Below, piece by piece: positions 1-9,403 of a DNA stretch of 64,000 bases; positions within the stretch are counted from its first letter, which is position 1; each line of letters starts with the position of its first letter. A program made the translations under genes and the position numbers. A model generated the notes under the pieces. It worked only from the letters and a program-made list of their open reading frames with translations, was not told the DNA's origin and made no database searches. The stretch comes from Candidatus Altimarinota bacterium (lineage in GTDB: Bacteria; Patescibacteriota; Gracilibacteria; UBA1369), in contig OY782391.1 of assembly GCA_963677745.1 (NCBI GenBank), positions 512,001-576,000 on the forward strand. Direction: 5' to 3'.

Positions 1-1
1 C

Positions 2-3000
2 GGCGGATCGGCCGGCCACCAGAACACCTGCACCTACCCGGAGAAGCAGTGCGGCGGCAACTGCACCAACGTTCTGATCGACAACCAGAACTGCGGAAGT
101 TGCAACCTCACCTGCGGAACCGGCACCAACTGCCAGAACGGCGTCTGTGCCTATCAGTGTGTTCCGACCGGGCCCGAGACCTGCAACGGCAAGGACGACA
201 ACTGCGACGGCCACATCGACGAAGAACTCCTGAACCTGTGCGGAAGCTGCGGGGTAGCTCCTGCGGAGTCCTGCAACGGGATCGACGACAACTGCAACGG
301 CAGCGTCGACGAGGACTGCGAATGCCAGGGAGACGCGATCAAGCCCTGCGGCAGCAACCTCGGAACGTGCTCCACCGGCGTGCAGGAATGCATCAACGGC
401 ATCTGGAGCCTCTGCTCCGGTGTAGCTCCCGCGGTGGAGACCTGCGACGGGCTGGACAACAACTGCAACGGGCAAGTGGATGAGAACCTGCTGAATGCCT
501 GTGGCGGCTGTGGCATCGTCCAAGCCGAGCTCTGCGATGGCCAGGACAACAACTGCGACGGCCACATCGACGAAGGCTATCTCAATTCCTGCGGCGTGTG
601 TGGACCCTTGCCATCAGAGAGCTGCAACGGCCTCGACGACAACTGCGACGGCATCGTCGACAACGGGCTCCTCAATGCCTGTGGAAATTGCGGTGCAACT
701 CCGTCCGAGACCTGCAACGGGATCGACGACAACTGCAACGGGCAGGTGGACGAAGGACTCCGCAATCTCTGCGGAACCTGCGGTCCCCCTCCCGCCGAGA
801 TCTGCGACGGCGTCGACAACGACTGCAACGGAACCATCGACCAGGGATGTCCCTGCATGACGGGGCTGACCCAGCCCTGCGGTAAGGATCTGGGAGTCTG
901 TACCTCGGGTACCCAGACCTGCGTCGGAGGAACCTGGGGAACGTGCTCCGGTACGCCCCCTGCTGTCGAAGTCTGCGACGACGTGGACAACAACTGCGAC
1001 GGGAATGTCGACGAAGGGCTGAAGAATGCCTGTGGAGGCTGTGGCCCGACTCCCGTCGAAGTCTGCAACGGCGCGGACGACAACTGCAATGGCATCGCGG
1101 ACGAAGGTCTGCTCAACCAGTGCGGCAACTGCGGGCCTCTGCCCGCCGAAGTCTGCAACGGCGCGGACGACAACTGCGACGGCATCATCGACAACGGATT
1201 GTTGAACCGCTGCGGCAACTGCGGGCCCCTGCCCGTGGAAACCTGCGACGGGAACGACAACGACTGTGACGGAATCGTGGACAACGGCCTCCGCAACCTC
1301 TGCGGGAACTGCGGTCCCTCCGATCCTGACCTGTGCGATGGCGTCGACAATGACTGCGACGGCACTGTGGACCCGGGATGCCCCTGCATCACCGGTTTGA
1401 CTGAGCCCTGCGGCAAAGATCTGGGAGTCTGTACCTCGGGTACCCAGACCTGCGTCGGAGGAACCTGGGGAACGTGCTCCGGTACGCCCCCTGCTGTCGA
1501 AGTCTGCGACGGAGTGGATAACAACTGCGACGGGAATGTCGACGAAGGGCTGAAGAATGCCTGTGGAGGCTGTGGCCCGACCCCCGTCGAGATCTGTGAT
1601 GGTGTCGACAACAACTGCAATGGCATCGCGGACGAAGGTCTGCTCAACCAGTGCGGCAACTGCGGCCCCCTGCCCGCCGAGATCTGTGACGGGGTCGACA
1701 ACAACTGCAACGGCATCATCGATGACAACCTTCGCAACCGCTGCGGCAACTGCGGGCCCCTGCCCGCCGAAGTCTGCGACGGCGTCGACAACGACTGCGA
1801 TGGAACCATCGACAACGGATGTGGCTGCCAGACCGGAGCCACCATGCCCTGCGGCAAGAACCTGGGCACCTGCACCACCGGCCAGCAAGCCTGTGTGGCA
1901 GGACAGTGGACCCTTTGCTCCGGCACACCCCCCGCTGTCGAAGTCTGCGACGGCGTGGACAACAACTGCGACGGAAATGCCGACGAAGGCGTGAAGAACG
2001 CCTGCGGCGGGTGCGGCCCGACCCCCGCCGAGATCTGTGACGGGGTCGACAACAACTGCAACGGCATCATCGATGACAACCTTCGCAACCGCTGCGGCCT
2101 CTGCGGGCCCCTGCCCGCCGAAGTCTGCGACGGCGTCGACAACGACTGCGATGGAACCATCGACAACGGATGTGGCTGCCAGACCGGAGCCACCATGCCC
2201 TGCGGCAAGAACCTGGGCGCCTGCACCACCGGCCAGCAAACGTGTGTGGCAGGACAATGGTCACTCTGCAGCGGCGTCGAAGCGGTCTCCGAGACCTGCA
2301 ACGGCGTCGATGACGACTGCGACGGTGACGTGGACGAAGGTCTGCGTAACCGCTGCGGCAACTGCGGAGCATTGCCGGCCGATGTGTGCGACGGCGTCGA
2401 CAACGACTGCGACGGCACCATCGACAACAACTGCCCCTGTCAGACGGGGGCATCCAAACCCTGCGGAACCGACACCGGTATCTGCACAACCGGGACGCAG
2501 AATTGCGTTGCCGGACAATGGGGACTCTGCTCGGGCGTCGCGCCTGGAGTGGAGACCTGCGACGGACAAGACAACAATTGCAACGGGCTGAGCGACGAAT
2601 ACTTGCTCAATGCCTGCGGCAACTGCGGTCCGGTCCCCGCCGAAACCTGCAACGGCATCGACGACAACTGCAACGGGCAGATCGACGAAGGCCTGCGCAA
2701 CGCCTGCGGCAACTGCGGCCCCGCCCCGGCCGAGCTCTGCGACGGCGTGGACAACAACTGCGATGGAACCATCGACAACGGATGTGGCTGCCAGACTGGA
2801 GCCACCAAGCCCTGCGGTACGAGCACCGGAGCCTGCACCACCGGAACACAGAACTGTGTCAGTGGACAGTGGAGCCTCTGCTCCGGCACCGAAGCGGTTC
2901 CCGAAACCTGCAACAACATCGATGACAACTGCGACGGTATCATCGACAACGGCCTGCGCAACGCCTGTGGCACCTGCGGTGCGCCACCGGTGGAGATCTG

Positions 3001-3760
3001 CGACGGCATCGACAACAACTGCGACGGGCATGTCGATGAGAACCTGCGCAACCGTTGCGGCAACTGCGGGCCCCTGCCTGCTGATGTCTGTGACGGCGTC
3101 GACAACGACTGCGACGGCACCATCGACAACAACTGCCCCTGCCAGGCCGGGGCGACCATGCCCTGCGGTACGGACATGGGAGCCTGCACCACAGGAACTC
3201 AGAGCTGCATCGCCGGTCATTGGGGACTTTGCAACGGCGTGGCCCCCACTCCCGAGACCTGCAACAACGTCGACGACAACTGCGACGGACACGTGGACGA
3301 GTTCCTCAGGAACGCCTGCGGTAACTGCGGAGTCATCCCCGCCGAGACCTGCAACGGCATCGACGACAACTGCAACGGGCAGATCGACGAAGGCCTGCGC
3401 AACCGCTGCGGCAACTGCGGGGCCCTCCCTGCTGATGTCTGCGACGGCGTCGACAACGACTGCGACGGCACGATCGACAACGGCTGTTCCTGCCAGTCGG
3501 GAGCAATCCTGCCCTGCGGGAAGAACCTCGGAACGTGCTCCACCGGCAACCAGTTCTGCGTCGGTGGACAGTGGAGCCTCTGCAACGGCAACGGCCCCAC
3601 GATCGAAGTCTGCGACGGCGCGGACAACAATTGCGACGGACTGGTCGACGAGTTCCTTCGCAATGACTGCGGAACCTGCGGTACCGTCCCCGCGGAGTTC
3701 TGCAGCGATGGTCTGGACAACAACTGCAACGGGCTGACCGACGAGCCCGGCTGCATCTGA
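2..3760 (+). CDS. Giant Cys-rich repeat surface protein (MopE-like putative metal-binding repeats), 5'-truncated by the window edge
   Basis: Frame is open from position 2 (GGSAGHQNTCTYPEKQCGGNCTNVLIDNQNCGSC...) to TGA 3758-3760, so the listed 380 start is internal. It has dozens of E-x-C-D/N-G-x-D-N/D-N/D-C-D/N-G-x-x-D repeats alternating with C-x-C...PCG...G-x-C...Q-x-C...W-x-x-C modules. Confidence 0.85.
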   Translation, partial: GGSAGHQNTCTYPEKQCGGNCTNVLIDNQNCGSCNLTCGTGTNCQNGVCAYQCVPTGPETCNGKDDNCDGHIDEELLNLCGSCGVAPAESCNGIDDNCNGSVDEDCECQGDAIKPCGSNLGTCSTGVQECINGIWSLCSGVAPAVETCDGLDNNCNGQVDENLLNACGGCGIVQAELCDGQDNNCDGHIDEGYLNSCGVCGPLPSESCNGLDDNCDGIVDNGLLNACGNCGATPSETCNGIDDNCNGQVDEGLRNLCGTCGPPPAEICDGVDNDCNGTIDQGCPCMTGLTQPCGKDLGVCTSGTQTCVGGTWGTCSGTPPAVEVCDDVDNNCDGNVDEGLKNACGGCGPTPVEVCNGADDNCNGIADEGLLNQCGNCGPLPAEVCNGADDNCDGIIDNGLLNRCGNCGPLPVETCDGNDNDCDGIVDNGLRNLCGNCGPSDPDLCDGVDNDCDGTVDPGCPCITGLTEPCGKDLGVCTSGTQTCVGGTWGTCSGTPPAVEVCDGVDNNCDGNVDEGLKNACGGCGPTPVEICDGVDNNCNGIADEGLLNQCGNCGPLPAEICDGVDNNCNGIIDDNLRNRCGNCGPLPAEVCDGVDNDCDGTIDNGCGCQTGATMPCGKNLGTCTTGQQACVAGQWTLCSGTPPAVEVCDGVDNNCDGNADEGVKNACGGCGPTPAEICDGVDNNCNGIIDDNLRNRCGLCGPLPAEVCDGVDNDCDGTIDNGCGCQTGATMPCGKNLGACTTGQQTCVAGQWSLCSGVEAVSETCNGVDDDCDGDVDEGLRNRCGNCGALPADVCDGVDNDCDGTIDNNCPCQTGASKPCGTDTGICTTGTQNCVAGQWGLCSGVAPGVETCDGQDNNCNGLSDEYLLNACGNCGPVPAETCNGIDDNCNGQIDEGLRNACGNCGPAPAELCDGVDNNCDGTIDNGCGCQTGATKPCGTSTGACTTGTQNCVSGQWSLCSGTEAVPETCNNIDDNCDGIIDNGLRNACGTCGAPPVEICDGIDNNCDGHVDENLRNRCGNCGPLPADVCDGVDNDCDGTIDNNCPCQAGATMPCGTDMGACTTGTQSCIAGHWGLCNGVAPTPETCNNVDDNCDGHVDEFLRNACGNCGVIPAETCNGIDDNCNGQIDEGLRNRCGNCGALPADVCDGVDNDCDGTIDNGCSCQSGAILPCGKNLGTCSTGNQFCVGGQWSLCNGNGPTIEVCDGADNNCDGLVDEFLRNDCGTCGTVPAEFCSDGLDNNCNGLTDEPGCI
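887..1700 (+). repeat. Intragenic near-identical duplication, 531-nt offset
   Basis: gatctgggagtctgtacctcgggtacccagacc... occurs at 887 and 1418 and continues with few mismatches. Confidence 0.85.
1673..2260 (+). repeat. Intragenic near-identical duplication, 351-nt offset
   Basis: gagatctgtgacggggtcgacaacaactgc... occurs at 1679 and 2030, near-identical for over 200 nt. Confidence 0.85.
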
Positions 3761-3985
3761 CCATCAACAAGAATCATCGTCGCGCGCCATTCGCCGCAGC
3801 GAATGGCATACCGGTTCCCCCACTGACGCAGCAGCAAGGGAGCCCTTCACCCCAAAACCCGCCCCGTCGCACTGAGACGTCGTCTCTCGCGACGGGGCAC
3901 CGACCGTCGGCTGAAGCTTCTCCGGACTGACGAGCAGGATCTCACATCCCGCTCCTTCCGGACAGGCCACAGCCGCAAGAACCAG

Positions 3986-4027
3986 AAAGGCCGCTCACCC
4001 GCGTCATACGCGGGTAGCGGCCTTTTT
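3986..4027 (+). terminator. Rho-independent terminator
   Basis: aaaggccgct-cacccgcgt-cat-acgcgggt-agcggcc followed by ttttt. Confidence 0.8.
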
Positions 4028-4047
4028 GCTGTCCGGATTTAATTTAC

Positions 4048-4086
4048 AAAAAGCCCCCGCGATCACCTTGTGACGCGGGGGCTTTT
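4048..4086 (-). terminator. Rho-independent terminator of the SLH gene (possibly bidirectional)
   Basis: aaaaagcccccgcg...cgcgggggctttt stem flanked by A and T tracts. Confidence 0.75.
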
Positions 4087-4106
4087 CCATAAAGTATCAC
4101 GCTATA

Positions 4107-5378
4107 TTAGATCTTTCCCAGATTATGCAGTTTGTATATCACTTCTGCCACTTCGCGGCGGGTAGTGAAATTGGTGGGATACAATTTTGTCCCGCTGAAC
4201 AAAGCGTTGTTTTTGGAATACTTGGCATAATCGGCATACCAGGCGTCCGCGGGCACATCGGTATAAGAAGTGCCGGTAGGCATTATTTCTCCCAGATTGC
4301 GGAGCAGTAGAGCCAGGAACTCAGCCCTGTTCACCGATCTGGCCGGTCTGAAATACCCGGCATCGGGTCCGGACAGATAACCGGTAACCACCGACAAAGC
4401 CTTGGCACGGCATACATACTGATAAGCCCAACTGGACTCGGTTACATCCGGAAAAGGATTGCTGCCGGCACAATAATCCGATACCGAGTTGAAATTATCG
4501 AAAGTTTCCAAAGCAATTTTGGCAATCTGATCTCTCTGCAACAAACCTCCCGGATCAAAAGTGCCGTCGGGATTTCCGGTTATGGCACCGATACTCTTTA
4601 CATAGGAAATAGCGGCACAGTCACTGTCCACCAATGAAACGTCGGTAAAACCTGCACATTTAGTCAGGATTGGCGGAGTGTTGATGGTAAAAGAAGGAAT
4701 AGTCAAAGCATCGCTCGTATTGCCGGACAGATCGGTTACCCTGACTTTACAATTACTGTAGGTGCCCGGAAGCATCGACTGGAACGTGACTGAGTTGTCC
4801 CCGCTCACCCCATTGGTAGTTGAACTGGAACAGGCTCCCTCATAAGTAATTGTCCCTGCTTCATTGGAGTTAAAAACTATGCCTGGAGTAGTATCGTCGG
4901 TCGGGCTACTCACTCCGCTCACCAGAGTCAGTGTGGGAGCGGTAATATCAATAATCATATTAACCTTGACCGTGAAGGCGGCAATATTCAAATTATCCGA
5001 AGTCAATCCGCTGACTGTGCCCTTCACGGTTAATTTGCAGTTTGTATGGGCTCCCAAGGCCAGAGAATTGAAAGTAATAGTATTGTTTCCCGACACCGCG
5101 TTGACGGTTGCACTGGAACAGTCACCGGAATAGGTGATTGTTCCGGCCTGGGTGCTGGAAAAGGTAAAATCCGGAGTCTTGTCATAAGTTACAGCGGGAA
5201 CAGGAGTAACCACGGCCAGAGTCGGAGCGACAAAAAGAGGTAACTGGGGATCAAAAGGAATTTCGGGAGTAATCGGATATGGATCGGGCAATTTTGCCAT
5301 AGCCAACATCTGCATGGAAAAAACACCAATCAAAACCATCGACACCAGCGCTATCTTTTGGAAAGGGAATCTATTCAT
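4107..5378 (-). CDS. Secreted S-layer homology (SLH) protein with two Ig-like domains
   Basis: Signal peptide, two TP-x-x-x-F...GTITY-x-G-x-C modules and C-terminal SLH repeats (FTDV..., GNPDGTFDP, YFRPARSVNRAE). Confidence 0.85.
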   Translation of the reverse strand: MNRFPFQKIALVSMVLIGVFSMQMLAMAKLPDPYPITPEIPFDPQLPLFVAPTLAVVTPVPAVTYDKTPDFTFSSTQAGTITYSGDCSSATVNAVSGNNTITFNSLALGAHTNCKLTVKGTVSGLTSDNLNIAAFTVKVNMIIDITAPTLTLVSGVSSPTDDTTPGIVFNSNEAGTITYEGACSSSTTNGVSGDNSVTFQSMLPGTYSNCKVRVTDLSGNTSDALTIPSFTINTPPILTKCAGFTDVSLVDSDCAAISYVKSIGAITGNPDGTFDPGGLLQRDQIAKIALETFDNFNSVSDYCAGSNPFPDVTESSWAYQYVCRAKALSVVTGYLSGPDAGYFRPARSVNRAEFLALLLRNLGEIMPTGTSYTDVPADAWYADYAKYSKNNALFSGTKLYPTNFTTRREVAEVIYKLHNLGKI

Positions 5379-5445
5379 AATAATTAAAATTATGTGATTA
5401 CATACAATTAAACCACTATTTGGGAAAATAGTTACGATTCTCTAT

Positions 5446-5473
5446 TTGACAAAAGACGGGAAAGACTTAAAAT
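5446..5473 (+). promoter_or_regulatory. sigma70-type promoter
   Basis: TTGACA-16 nt-TAAAAT upstream of ORF 5496. Confidence 0.55.
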
Positions 5474-5495
5474 CCTGGCCGAATCACCATCGAAA

Positions 5496-6017
5496 ATGAA
5501 AGCACTGGCAAAACAAACCGATTTGGCTCCGGAACATTCTCAGGATCTGCAAACAGCAAATCCGGGAAAAGGAAAAACAACATCTCCCGAACCGTCTGAT
5601 TCGCAAATCCGCGTAAACACCCATGGCATCATCGAAGAAGTAGTTGGTTGGTACGACCATAACCAGCCTTCGATTATTCTGATCGCACCTGCCGAAATCG
5701 ACCTGGAAAGAAGTCTGGCCTTCAGAAAACGTCTTTTCAATATACTTAAAAACTCCTTTCTTAAACCGGCCTTTTCCTCCGATCCCGGATTTGCAGACCA
5801 TACAAATCATTGCTTATGGCTGCGCCACGACTTTCTGAACTATTTGTCAGGAATCATCAGTAATCCCGATTATGACCAGTATCTTCCCTCGGCCATCACC
5901 AGGAACATTTTCGATCAGGCAATGAACCTTGATTGGACTGCTCCCCGGGCAATAAAAAATCTGCTTCTGACCATCCGGCGCGATTTGATGATCCCTCCCA
6001 AAACCAAAAAAAAATAA
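5496..6017 (+). CDS. Hypothetical protein
   Basis: 173-aa ORF with an upstream promoter, filling the gap; no motif recognised. Confidence 0.6.
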   Translation: MKALAKQTDLAPEHSQDLQTANPGKGKTTSPEPSDSQIRVNTHGIIEEVVGWYDHNQPSIILIAPAEIDLERSLAFRKRLFNILKNSFLKPAFSSDPGFADHTNHCLWLRHDFLNYLSGIISNPDYDQYLPSAITRNIFDQAMNLDWTAPRAIKNLLLTIRRDLMIPPKTKKK

Positions 6018-6692
6018 TTATTCCCCTGTAGCCTGTGCCATCTGTGGCTCGGCCTCTTTTGATTTGGGATTGGCTTTTGCATAAAGACCTACTGCCCGGT
6101 TGGCCAGCTGCGGCCATTTTTCCGCCTTCTCCGTTAACTGCCTGATCTTTTCTTCCGAAACTCCGGCCTCCCGCGCCTTCTTGATCATTTCCTGCGTTTG
6201 GTCCTCAAAACTTTTGGCACTCCATTTGTTGGCCTTGAAAAAATAATCGGCGGCATCCCCGGCAATCGGAATCGCTCCGACGGCAAAATCAGCGGCTTGC
6301 AAACCAATGATTTTTAGATAAGAACCTGTACCCAAGTCAGCCTTTTTGGCTTCCATTAAAAGATAGACTCCTGAAACGATCGAACTTCCTCCATCCCCCA
6401 ATTCCGGAATCAGAGAAAGCAGCGGATCCAGGCCAATATCATCAGCCACCGTCGCAAATACCTTGACCCTCTCTTCAGAGTTCTTGGCATCACGCAACTT
6501 TTTCAGAGCTTCTTGTTGTTGGGGAGTCAAATCCTCTTTTTCCACCTGCTGCTTCATTTTGTCCTGCTGCTCCTGGGACTTTTGTTTTACGGTCTGTTTG
6601 GCTCCTTCCCGGGTAATCTCCCCGCTCTCTATAGCCTGCTTGGCCCGGGGACCTCTCAGCACTTCTCCTCCCTGTTCAGTGGCATCTGCCAT
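6018..6692 (-). CDS. DUF4112-family protein
   Basis: GLDPLLSLIPELGD...D-x-x-VGAIPIAGD-x-x-DYFFKAN signature. Confidence 0.8.
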   Translation of the reverse strand: MADATEQGGEVLRGPRAKQAIESGEITREGAKQTVKQKSQEQQDKMKQQVEKEDLTPQQQEALKKLRDAKNSEERVKVFATVADDIGLDPLLSLIPELGDGGSSIVSGVYLLMEAKKADLGTGSYLKIIGLQAADFAVGAIPIAGDAADYFFKANKWSAKSFEDQTQEMIKKAREAGVSEEKIRQLTEKAEKWPQLANRAVGLYAKANPKSKEAEPQMAQATGE

Positions 6693-6830
6693 TTTGGTAA
6701 AATTATTGAAATATTTATCTTTTAATTATATCACCAAAGCAAGCCTCAAAGCCAGATTTATTCATACCGGACTCTGCTTGCTTTTGATAAAAGCTGGCAT
6801 CAAAACACTTATGATGATAAATATATTTCG

Positions 6831-7391
6831 ATGGGGGAAAAAAAACAATCAATCATAGTCACAGGTATATTGGCGGGGCTCGTTCTGGTAGCCTGCCACA
6901 GTCCGTCTGCCACCCCCCTCACCTCGAATATTCCAATAAAAACAACCAATATGAAAATTTCCAGCCCCAGTTTTGAAAATAATTCAGCCATTCCTCCCCA
7001 ATTCACCTGCCAGGGAGAAGGTTTCTCCCCTCAACTTGATTTCTCGGAAGTTCCCGGTGAAAGCAAATCTCTGGCCCTGATTGTCGAAGATCCGGATGCT
7101 CCGAACGGCAACTGGGTACACTGGCTGGTTTGGAACATCCCGGCGGACACAACCACCATCCCGGAAAATGTCGGCCCCAAATTTGCCGTACAGGGCAACA
7201 ATTCCTCGCCCAAAGCAGCCTATGAAGGACCTTGCCCCCCTTCGGGTACCCACCGCTATTTCTTCAAACTATATGCACTGTCCCATGAGCTCACTCTGCC
7301 TGCCGGATCGCCCCGCGATCAACTGCTCAAGGAAATGGAAGACCGCATTATCGACCAGGCCCAATTGATGGGTACCTTTAAAAAACCCTAA
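6831..7391 (+). CDS. YbhB/YbcL (PEBP, Raf-kinase-inhibitor-like) protein, probably a lipoprotein
   Basis: DPDAP, VHWLVWNIP, GPCPPSGTHRYFFKLYAL; N-terminal LVAC lipobox. Confidence 0.92.
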   Translation: MGEKKQSIIVTGILAGLVLVACHSPSATPLTSNIPIKTTNMKISSPSFENNSAIPPQFTCQGEGFSPQLDFSEVPGESKSLALIVEDPDAPNGNWVHWLVWNIPADTTTIPENVGPKFAVQGNNSSPKAAYEGPCPPSGTHRYFFKLYALSHELTLPAGSPRDQLLKEMEDRIIDQAQLMGTFKKP

Positions 7392-7425
7392 CATAATAGC
7401 CGCTTCCGGAATTGTCTTAGTCGGC

Positions 7426-9201
7426 TTATTTGGCCAGAAGCCCCTTCACCTGGAGATTTACCAATTCCTGATAAACACCGGGAATGTTTTTCAACTCGGG
7501 ATGTTTACCCACCTGAACTATTTTCCCCTTATTCATCACGACGATTTTATCAGCCTCGGTAACCGTACTGAGCCTGTGAGCAATCACAATCGATGTCCGT
7601 CCCTTCATCACACGCTCCAAAGCTTTCTGGATAATTCTCTCATTCTTGGAATCCAGAGCTGAAGTAGCCTCATCAAGAATCAGTATCGGCGGATTCTTAA
7701 GAATCACCCTGGCGATAGCCACACGCTGTTTTTCACCTCCAGAAAGTTTTAAACCGCGTTCCCCCACCATGGTCTTATAAGTTTTCGGCTTACTCATGAT
7801 AAATTTATGAATATTGGCTTTTCTGGCAGCTTCATATACCTCCCAGCGGGTTGCCCCGGGCTTGGCATAGGCAATATTATTGTAAATTGTATCGTTGAAT
7901 AAGGTGTTTTCCTGCATCACCAGACCAATATTCCGGCGCAGTGAAGTCTGGCTTACTTTGGTAATATCCTGACCGTCAATCAAAATCCGGCCGCTCTGCA
8001 CATCATAAAATCTGTTGAGCAAAGAAGTGATAGTCGATTTACCGGCTCCGGAATGTCCCACCAAAGCTGTCATCTGGGCCGGTTCAAAATCAATAGTGGC
8101 ATTGGAAAGTATATTTTTATCCTGATACTTAAAACCCACCCCTCTCATTTCCACCCGACCGGCGGTCACTTTCAACGTCTTGGCCTCGGGAATATCCTGC
8201 ACCGTGGGTATCCTTTCCAGGATTTTTCTGGCCTCTTCCAGTCTTAATATTGCATATTGCAATCCCCTTAAATCGCCTCCGATGGCATAAATCGGATCAT
8301 AAAGATAGCGTGAAAAAGAAGTGAACATCACCAATTGTCCCAGCGTCAAATTCCCCTGAAGAATCAGATATATGCCAAAAGCAATAATCAAAATCCTCTG
8401 CATGGTGGACGTACTCTGTCCCCAGATGTCTATTCTTCCCCAGCGTATAGAGGCCTGCTTCTGCAAATCCACATATTTTTTAAACTTGCCCAAAAAACTT
8501 TTCTGCTCTTTCTTCTCCTGGGCAAAACTTTTTACCACCACAATATTGGAGACCGCATCATAGGCACGCCCGATTGCCGAATCAAAAAGATCGTTGGATT
8601 CATCCTGTAAGGCGCTGGTCTTTTTAATACCCACGATAAAGATCCAAATGGCCAAAGGATAAAAAGCCATCGAAACCAGGGTCATCTGCCAATTAATAGT
8701 CAACGCCCAAATTAACACCACGACGCCCAGCAAAAACTTGGGTATCAGTTCCGGCACCATAATCATGGTAATAGTCCAAAAACTGTCCACTCCGCGGTCA
8801 ATTTTTTTCATCATCTCACCACTTTTCTTTTCCAGATGAAACGACATATCCAGCGCCAATACTTTTTGCATGGCCTCCTCAAAATAATTCCGGTCTACAT
8901 TGGGCATGCTCATACTGAAAAGCATTCTGATCCCGGTCATCACGACCGCGCTGACCAGTAACACTCCCGCCCAGATGCCGACAAACCAGATCACTTTGGT
9001 TAAATTCATACCCGCCGGCTGGCCGATTTTTACAATCTCGTCAAAAACATTCTGATAGACATAAGGTTCCACCAGCTGACTCAACAGCAGTACCAGCCAG
9101 ACCGGCCAGATATACCAGATTTTTGCCATTACCGGAGCCGTATAATGCCAGTAAAAACGCAAAGCCGGCCCCCATTCCCTGATTTTCAGTTTCTTGGACA
9201 T
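7426..9201 (-). CDS. ABC exporter, fused permease and ATPase (MsbA/Atm1-like)
   Basis: TM domain, Walker [29 protein letters not shown]. Confidence 0.93.
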   Translation of the reverse strand: MSKKLKIREWGPALRFYWHYTAPVMAKIWYIWPVWLVLLLSQLVEPYVYQNVFDEIVKIGQPAGMNLTKVIWFVGIWAGVLLVSAVVMTGIRMLFSMSMPNVDRNYFEEAMQKVLALDMSFHLEKKSGEMMKKIDRGVDSFWTITMIMVPELIPKFLLGVVVLIWALTINWQMTLVSMAFYPLAIWIFIVGIKKTSALQDESNDLFDSAIGRAYDAVSNIVVVKSFAQEKKEQKSFLGKFKKYVDLQKQASIRWGRIDIWGQSTSTMQRILIIAFGIYLILQGNLTLGQLVMFTSFSRYLYDPIYAIGGDLRGLQYAILRLEEARKILERIPTVQDIPEAKTLKVTAGRVEMRGVGFKYQDKNILSNATIDFEPAQMTALVGHSGAGKSTITSLLNRFYDVQSGRILIDGQDITKVSQTSLRRNIGLVMQENTLFNDTIYNNIAYAKPGATRWEVYEAARKANIHKFIMSKPKTYKTMVGERGLKLSGGEKQRVAIARVILKNPPILILDEATSALDSKNERIIQKALERVMKGRTSIVIAHRLSTVTEADKIVVMNKGKIVQVGKHPELKNIPGVYQELVNLQVKGLLAK

Positions 9202-9258
9202 GATGAAAAGCCATAATTTGACTTACGCGAGCAATATTATAGATTAGTAATTATGTAT

Positions 9259-9286
9259 TTGCAATTAGACTTTTTTATACTATGAT
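9259..9286 (+). promoter_or_regulatory. Promoter of tRNA-Arg
   Basis: TTGCAA-16 nt-TATGAT, 23 nt upstream of the tRNA. Confidence 0.55.
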
Positions 9287-9309
9287 ACGCAGGCGAAAAG
9301 ATAAATTGT

Positions 9310-9386
9310 GAGCCCGTAGCTCAGCTGGATAGAGCGTTGGTTTGCGGAGCCAAAGGTCGTGCGTTCGACTCGCACCGGGCTCACCA
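9310..9386 (+). tRNA. tRNA-Arg (anticodon GCG)
   Basis: Cloverleaf: GAGCCCG/CGGGCTC acceptor stem, GCTC/GAGC D-stem, TTGGT-TT GCG GA-GCCAA anticodon arm, GTGCG-TTCGACT-CGCAC T-arm, encoded CCA. Confidence 0.95.
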
Positions 9387-9403
9387 TGAAAAAATCATAA
9401 TAA

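Noticed and set aside
2-3760. Periodic repeats as a possible CRISPR array or DGR
   Set aside because: Repeats are in-frame coding units without unique spacers, and no cas or reverse transcriptase gene is in the window.
49-3837. Long alternative-frame and antisense ORFs (617, 547, 375, 343 aa)
   Set aside because: Shadows of the GC-rich repetitive Cys-rich gene; they are low-complexity mirror translations.
3927-3990. CTGACGA resembling a hammerhead ribozyme core
   Set aside because: The following stem is not closed by GAAA, and no stem III or cleavage triplet can be built.
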